Of a DNA stretch of 64,000 nt, positions 56,127-64,000 are shown in pieces. The translations under genes and the position numbers were made by a program. The DNA is from Eledone cirrhosa (lineage: Eukaryota). The notes under the pieces were generated by a model that saw only the letters and a program-made list of their open reading frames with translations, was not told the origin of the DNA and made no database searches. Where the stretch lies: assembly GCA_964016885.1 (NCBI GenBank), contig OZ024740.1:80228001-80292000 (forward strand), given 5' to 3'. The number at the start of each line of letters is the position of its first letter. The first letter of the stretch is position 1.

Positions 56127-56130
<4 letters not shown>
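55960..56130 (+). mobile_element. Family B copy with CAGAAGA hammerhead
   Basis: gtttcagaagatcccgttaagggtgaaagcagcgattctttgctt; upstream matches 34755-34825 (-). Confidence 0.8.
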
Positions 56131-56215
<85 letters not shown>

Positions 56216-57079
56216 ATGCCAAACCACAAAGTCTTATTAGGATCATGCCTAGGAGGAAGTAAATGGAGAGTTCGAAGAGAGAGAACAGGTAGGGGCATAT
56301 CAGAGTTTGGAAAAGGTTGTTAAGAGGGTGCGGGTGGTATAGGCGAGTGGTCCGGCATTCGGAAGTAGGGGCTGAGCTGGAGGGTCGCATTACTTTCAAC
56401 GGTATCTTATAAACTTATAAGTGCCAGAAGATAGGTGACAATTTTGATCCCTCTTATATGCTGGACATGTGGTCAGTATTGGCCTTGAAGCGCTTCTGTT
56501 CCATCTATGAACATAAATAGATAATATAATTCTGGTCTCTTCACGATTGAGCATTTTCTTCTTTTCCTTTTTCACGCATCAGATGCGAGAAAAACCACAA
56601 ACCCTTCATCTAAATTCTACTTTTGAAAAGCATAAGAACTGTGAAATCGGTAAAGGAAACAAATAAATATTCTTAAAAAGACTCCAGTTGCATTTTCGAT
56701 TTGATCTTTTTCCTTATACTTTCACTCGTGTAAGACATCTCGTTTTTATCATTTTGAAAAATACCTTCATTTTCTTATATATATATTTAATACAATACAA
56801 TATACATTACAATACAATACAATAGGAGGGAACATAATAATAGTACCACTGATGATGTTGCAGATGTGCAACGAAAGAACTTTGATAGACTATATATATA
56901 TTTATATCTGTATTTTTAATCGTTGGTCAATAAACATTGATTGCCAAATAAATTAACTATGGAGATATAAAAGATACAGAAGCGAAAAACCAACCAAACA
57001 ATGTGTGTGTTATGTTATTTCTGGCAATATTATTACAACAATATGACCCTCCCCAAGTATAACAATATATATATATATA

Positions 57080-57222
57080 TTCTCTCCCTTCTTTCGGTGA
57101 AAGAAGGGAGAGAAGCTGACAGTCTGTTTCACTCTGGTTGGCGTTCATGAGAGCCACGTACTCCCCTGCTACCGCCGAAAATTATAGAAGCTGGATTCTT
57201 ATAGAATTCCAGTAATAATCCA
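57080..57222 (-). mobile_element. Family E fragment, core mutated
   Basis: gctgacagtctgtttcactctggttggcgttcatgagagcc. Confidence 0.75.
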
Positions 57223-58177
57223 GTAAAAAAGAAAAAAAAGACAACAAAAAACAAAGAAATAAAAACAAGAAACAAACAAACGAGCAAATACACAAAAAGG
57301 AAAAAGAAATTGGAAAGTGTACTTCTATATATGATACAATAATGTGTCTGCAAATGAAAAAACAACAAAACGCAATGATAATAGATATAATGGTTTTTGA
57401 TCATAGGTTTACTAGATGAGAGCTTGTGAGGTTAAACAAGCACAGCATAAGCTGCAGCAACAACAACAAGAGCAACAGCAACAGAAGTAAAATCTACCTT
57501 TATTATCATGTTAATAAATGAATTCTGACATTTACTATTATGTTTAGGATTATCTAACTTGTTTTAAAATTATAGAACAGCTAAACGTTAGGTTACATTA
57601 TGGAAGCTAAGAAAGTTCATACTTTTACACACAGAGCATTCCAGCGTGTAGACATTTATATCCGTTCATTAACGCCATTTATTGATGGTAATGTAAAACA
57701 ATGCGGAGGGAAGAAGTCAAGTAGAAACTGATATGCCAACGTAACTAAATCGGTTTAAACTTCCTACAGATGTTCCAGTCATTATTCTTGAAATGTATTT
57801 ACATTCAAAATCTGAACAGTCGACTATATTCTCCAATGTGTTTTAACAAAATGGCGAGCTATATTGTTCTTTATGTCATTGATTTTAAAACTAATCTGTA
57901 ATTATTTTAGAAACAATTGGTTTATTCAAGTGGGACTCAATAATTATATACTAACATGCTGGCGCTTTCATACTTGGCTTAGGATTTACATTTCGATCGG
58001 ATAAATGGCTATTAGAAATGGCTGCACACTTTAGAAATTAAACACAGGAAACGGTTATGAGGTTAAGAGGTTCTCTGCAAATACGTGGTTTTGGGTTCGA
58101 TTCAAATACATAAAAGTTTGGTAAGTATCTTCTATCAATCCTTCAGGTTAAACCATTCCTTCTGAAGGTAATTTAGG

Positions 58178-58249
<72 letters not shown>

Positions 58250-58253
<4 letters not shown>

Positions 58254-58544
58254 AAAAGAGTCAGGACCCCGACGACTGAACTTCGGCCGTTCGGATCAAA
58301 CTGTTGTAACGGCCTGAGCTCAGCCGTCGGGGTCCTGACTCTTTTCCTATTACCTATTTTACTACCCTAAGTATTGAGTACTCTGGTGCGTTATAGTCCA
58401 CCTCGTATCTTACCACACCCTCTTTGTTATATATATATATATACACACGCACATATATATATATTAGGGAGTGTAACGTCTTCATTATACTGTGTCGGTC
58501 CCCTGCGATGTTTGTTTATCACCCCCCCCCCCCCCCCCCACACA

Positions 58545-58620
<76 letters not shown>

Positions 58621-58753
58621 ATATATATATATATATATAGTGTGTGTGTATATATATATATATATAGTGTGTGTGTGTGATAAACAAACATCGCAGGGGA
58701 ACGACACAGTATAATGAAGACGTTACACTCCCTAATATATATATATATATATA

Positions 58754-58798
<45 letters not shown>

Positions 58799-58833
58799 CA
58801 AAGACGGTGTGGTAAGATACCAGGTGGACTATA
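58250..58833. repeat. Family D palindrome followed by a compound inverted duplication centred on (TA)n
   Basis: IR 58250-58349; 58392-58522 inverted at 58676-58833. Confidence 0.85.
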
Positions 58834-59010
58834 TATATATATATGTTAAGTGTTTCCGAAGAAAACGCCAAGGAAAAAAGAGTGCTCTAATTAAATATAT
58901 ATATTAGGCAGTGTAACGTCCAGTTACTGTAAGTTCACCAGAGTAAGCACTCAATGTGTAGTTTCCAGTAGGTATAGAGGTGTAGAACTAAGCAGAGTGT
59001 AATAATGATA

Positions 59011-59240
59011 AGGGCGGTGGGGTTGGCAATATCGGTAGAGGGTCGAACGTCACGCTTTCCAGCATAGAGTTACGTCCATTTATGATCTGACTTCAAATAC
59101 CGCCGAGGTTAACTTTAACTTTCATCCTTACGGGGTTGATAAAATAAAGTACCAGTAACGCACTGGGGTCGATTTAATCGACTCCCCCCCCCCCCCCACA
59201 AATGTCTGGCCTTGTACCTATATAAGAAACCATTATTATT
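59011..59240 (+). mobile_element. Major SINE copy
   Basis: Same head, core and tail. Confidence 0.8.
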
Positions 59241-59314
59241 ATTACATACATATAACTTTATATTGGTGTTCCAACACACACACTTATATATATACATATA
59301 CACACACACACACA

Positions 59315-59358
<44 letters not shown>

Positions 59359-59360
<2 letters not shown>

Positions 59361-59795
59361 TTTAAAACAATAGCGTAAGGTATTCAAAATGTTTTTAATT
59401 AAGCATACAGTATATTGCTAAATACACTATATATACATTCATATATACATCGCTATTTCAGAGCACCAATTCTAATTTTCAATTTTTTTCTGGACCGGCA
59501 ACCGCTCTGTATAATTAGTTCCTGATTATTACTGGAATTCTATAAGAATCCAACATTCATAATTTTCAACAGACAAAGGGAGTGCTAAGCTCTGATGATT
59601 ACCAACAGTATGTAACAGAGATCAGTCAGCTTATCTCTCTTTGTTTGTTGAAAAAAGAAGTAAGTGACATAGTCACTACTTTAAAACAATAACGTAAGGT
59701 CTTCAAAATGCTTTTAATTAAGCATACAGTATATTGCCAAATATAGTATATATACATTCATATATACATCGCTATTTCAGAGCACCAATTCTAAT
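59359..59795 (+). mobile_element. Family E 1.4-mer tandem (~319 bp period), diverged, GAAA mutated to GTAA
   Basis: actttaaaacaata..at 59359 and 59678; aagct-CTGATGA..GTC-agctt at 59587-59632. Confidence 0.85.
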
Positions 59796-59799
59796 TATA

Positions 59800-60076
<277 letters not shown>

Positions 60077-60451
60077 TAAATTGTATTGGTGCTCCAATAT
60101 AGCGATATACATATTAATGTACTTATTGTGTTTTGAATAATATCGGGATGTTTATGAAAAACATTGCGCTAAATAGCCTTCAAATGATTTTCATAAACGT
60201 ATATTATTCCATACGCAATAAGTACCAAATTCTCTTCAGAAGGAATATCTTAACCTGAAGGTATATATATATATATTTGATATATCTCATATGAAATAAT
60301 ACAACCAATTTTCCACACAATACAATTAGTTAGCACCCCGAACGTTTAATTAGGAATATACTCACTTATTTCCTAATGTTTGTTGAGTGAGTTGGAATTT
60401 GGCCGGAGTATCGCTATTAGCTTTCTACGATAATGTATATATATATATATA

Positions 60452-60657
60452 TAACGAAGGAAATGTGGTAAGGAACCAGGTGGACCATAACGCACCAAAG
60501 TACTCAATACTTAGGGTAGTAGAGTGGGTAATAGGAACGAGTAGGACCCCGACGGCTGAGCTCAAGCCGTTTCGACGGCTAATTCTGGACTAAATTTAGT
60601 CCAGAATTAGCCGTCGAAACGGCTTGAGCTCAGCTGTCGGGGTCCTACTCGTTCCTA
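60452..60657. mobile_element. Family D palindrome
   Basis: Near-perfect IR 60531-60657, no spacer; GAA-ACGGC ttgagctca GCCGT-C-ggggtc on minus. Confidence 0.85.
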
Positions 60658-60667
60658 TATATATATA

Positions 60668-60750
<83 letters not shown>

Positions 60751-61390
60751 TAAAACAGAAAACAAATGAAACAAAAACAAAGCTAAGAAGCAGTACAAAG
60801 TGTTAATATTAGGTTCACGCTTGAGAGTGGTGGGTGGGGTCGACGTTTGGAGCATAAGCCCCTTCTCCAGCAGGAGAAAAGTGGGCAGGAAAAGAGTTCC
60901 GAGGGTGTGAGGGGGAGTATTTTTAGAGGGTAAAAAAATTAAAATGAAACAAAGTGGTGTGTGTGTATGTGTGTAGGTGTACTTGTGTGTGTGTGGATGT
61001 GAATGTGAGAGTTTGGGGAAGAACGAGGTTCCATGTTCGGGTAATAGGGAAACCAGTGTGTACATGGGGTGGGGGGTGTAAGTCAGTGTGTGTGTGCCTG
61101 TGGATGGAGAGGGGACAGAGGTGGTAGGGGAGTGGGGGCGTGTGGTGTCCGGAGGCTGAGTGTGTGTATGTGTGATTTTGTGTGGTATGGATGTATGGTT
61201 GCGTTGTGCGAAAATAGTGTAAGTGTTTGTGTGTGTGTGTGTTCCTGGATGTTTTTCCGTAGAGTGTAGGAACGGATGTTGAAAATTGGGGGGATGGTGG
61301 GGTGGGGTGGGGGTGGGTGGTGGGGGTTGAATGCGGGTGTGTGAGTGGGGGTTAGTGGTGGTAGTGTGGGTGTTGAATATATATATATAT

Positions 61391-61801
61391 ATAACAAAAT
61401 AAAATGCTGACGTTACATAAATCGTTTAATCATTATAATTATTTCCACGGTTCTCCATGCAATCGAGAAGTCCTTCATGCATTTGTTGTTGTTATGAGAA
61501 CGGTATCCTCAGATGATATCCGATTTATTTATATGTTGCCGGCAGGAAAAAGCACACGTCCTTCTGCTCGTGTGGCCGGCATAAATATATAGGATACCGT
61601 TCTCATAACAACATCAAATGCATGAAGGACTTCTCGATTGCATAGAGAACCGTGGAAATAATTATAATGATTAAACGATTTATGTAACGTCAGCATTTTA
61701 TTTTGTTATTTTTATAAAAATCTCAATCGTAACTAAACACTGCGATTTTTGAGAGCTTCTCCTGATTGCTCCTGTTTCTACCGAAACAATCTCTTCGGAA
61801 C

Positions 61802-61805
<4 letters not shown>
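61391..61805. mobile_element. Palindromic element, family I; hammerhead 61429-61517 (-)
   Basis: Arms 61391-61509 and 61591-61708; atcat-CTGAGGA-taccgttctc...gagaaccgtg-GAA-ATAATTAT-A-atgat. Confidence 0.82.
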
Positions 61806-61886
<81 letters not shown>

Positions 61887-61887
61887 A

Positions 61888-61929
<42 letters not shown>

Positions 61930-61933
<4 letters not shown>

Positions 61934-62376
61934 AGTATATGTTGGTTATCTACCAACACCTAGTATGCAGATTGGAGCACTCGACGAAGTGCGCAGGTTG
62001 GTTTGGTTCCTCCGGAGTAATGTAAAATAAACTAAAATAAATAAGTCAAATATTTAAAATTTGGCTTTGTTTATTACTGCTATATATATTTCGGTGACAG
62101 CCATCTTTGGCTGTGATCTCTTCAGGCAGTCCGAATTAGTGAGGTAGAGACGAGTACACATGATTCCAGTTCCTCAGTGAAATAACAACCCAACCAGGAA
62201 CTGGTCATATCAGAGTATTGACAAAGTTAAACACCTCAACAACATGTGTACTCGTCTCTACCACACTAATTCGGACTGCCTGAAGAGGTCACAGCCAAAG
62301 ATGGCTGTCACTGAAATATATATAGCAGTAATAAACGAGCCAAATTTTAAATATTTGACTTATTTATTTTTTTTTT
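61930..62376. mobile_element. Palindromic element, family J; two opposed hammerheads, 62076-62130 (-) and 62275-62329 (+)
   Basis: actgc-CTGAAGA-ggtcacagcc aaagat ggctgtcact-GAA-ATATATAT-A-gcagt, then AATAAA. Confidence 0.9.
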
Positions 62377-62583
62377 ATATATATATATATATATATATAA
62401 TAATAATACTATTTATAGTTATGTATATAGTATAAACAACTATAAACAGGAATGTCAGTAATTTCTTAATTACCTTATTACCAGTAAGAGAAATAGCTCA
62501 ATGTTTTGAACATCAGTTGTTTTACAGAGCAGGTAAATAAATAAATTACACAATTATCAAAGTTGTGTTCAAATCATTTAGTA

Positions 62584-62628
62584 GCTGACAATCGTTTCTT
62601 CCAAACTCTCGTTTGGAGTCATCGGAGC
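62584..62628 (-). ncRNA. Type I hammerhead with CCGATGA core (family K)
   Basis: gct-CCGATGA-ctccaaac gaga gtttggaa-GAA-ACGATTGT-C-agc. Confidence 0.7.
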
Positions 62629-64000
62629 ATTATCAATGTTTGCACATATAATTAACCTCCTATTTAACTGAACAATAATATAGTTACATATAAATTGATG
62701 TTGTGAGCAACAGTTTCGTATTTACAGGGGAAAATGGATGTGACATATATTTTACGAGAATTGTACAATAATTGTACAAACATTCAAGTTCAAATTAAAA
62801 TTAAATTAAAATCAAAAGCACGGAGTGGAATACATGCAGCAGTTAAAACAAGGGAATAGTCCAAACATTAAAGAGGCATTGAGGAAGCAGTTTTGAGAAA
62901 GGAAGAGTGCGATAACAATTCATATGCAGGCGTGTGGAGTCTGACTGCGTAAGTCATATACATGAGAAGAAGACAAGCAAAGCTATTATGCATATATAGA
63001 TGAATAAATACTGCAGTTAAAGCAAATATGTTAATGTATTAAAGTCTATGGCGGATGTTGAATGTTGATGGTGTTCGAATTAAAGTGTTGAGAAACATAC
63101 AGTTTTTGCAGACTTTTACTTGACATATGTTGAATTAAATTTTAGTTAATGTTTATATTGAATGTTTCAAGTTAGTTAGAGCAATGGATTGTAAATTAGT
63201 ATTAATGAATTCATATTCATAGACTATATTTGATCAACCGTTAAATTTTCAATCGTTAATTTCCGGAAGTGAATAAGGGGAGCTAATGCGTAAGGGGGGT
63301 AACTAGCTAATTAAGTTCAATTCAGTTATTAAAATTCTTTGTTCTAATACACAATATAATGTGATACCATTGGATCTCCGTTACATAACCCTGTATATTT
63401 ATGCTTGATTTTAAATACAGTGTATTCCACTATCATACATTAAAGGTTTCTTTAGATTGTTATCTATTCATTACTGGACAAGGTATATGTTATGAAGGAT
63501 TATACAGCTGTTAATATGTCAAAATAGATATGCTATATGTGTAATAATATAATCCCTAATATACAATGCTATTACATTTTATATTTAATTATAAATGTAT
63601 ATATACTTTATTATTATTATGTTGTGTAATTTAAGCATTTAATTATACAATTATAAATGCACATATAGTTTATCATCACATATTACATTAAATGTCTTTA
63701 CATACCAAGTGCCAAATATCCATCACTGTATAAGATATAATTAATCTATTCTAGTTATATCACAAGGTGGTAACTCTATGTCTAATTCTAACTGTTATTG
63801 CAGAGAATAAGGTTATAGATAAATAGGAGTTGTGTAGCGGAAAGAGTTGGTCGAGGGGTTTGTGGTTGTGGGTACTGCTAAGTCCTAGATGTGTAGTGTT
63901 AATGGTGGTGGGGAATTCAAATCTAACATTGTTGTATACTAACAGCTAGGTTTAAAGTTATGGAACGAGTGTCGGTACCGGTGTTGGCACGAGGAAAATG

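Overview
AT-rich, microsatellite-saturated animal DNA. The SINE/LINE repertoire suggests a cephalopod (Octopus-like), which is an inference. I found no convincing host gene; nearly everything is mobile DNA. It includes a near-intact L1/Tx1 LINE plus a second Tx1 family, stacked R4/Dong-like RLE-LINE fragments, RTE LINEs (one with a twin-priming inversion), Penelope-like element (PLE) fragments, an internally deleted mariner, about 20 tRNA-derived SINEs and a U6 snRNA retrocopy. The main signal is a set of short elements wedged into (TA)n tracts and built as head-to-head palindromes. By manual folding, most carry a type I hammerhead ribozyme (stem I - CUGANGA - stem II - GAAA - stem III - NUH - stem I). 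About 10 unrelated sequence families and more than 20 full or partial motifs occur in 64 kb. Some are tandem 316-402 bp monomers (retrozyme-like), two are physically linked to PLE coding sequence, one has a fixed CAGAAGA core variant, and two show the same hairpin centre as flip and flop isomers. This suggests a PLE-driven, ribozyme-bearing, hairpin-propagated system targeting (TA)n. Ribozyme calls are from by-eye pairing only, and coordinates are approximate to a few bases.
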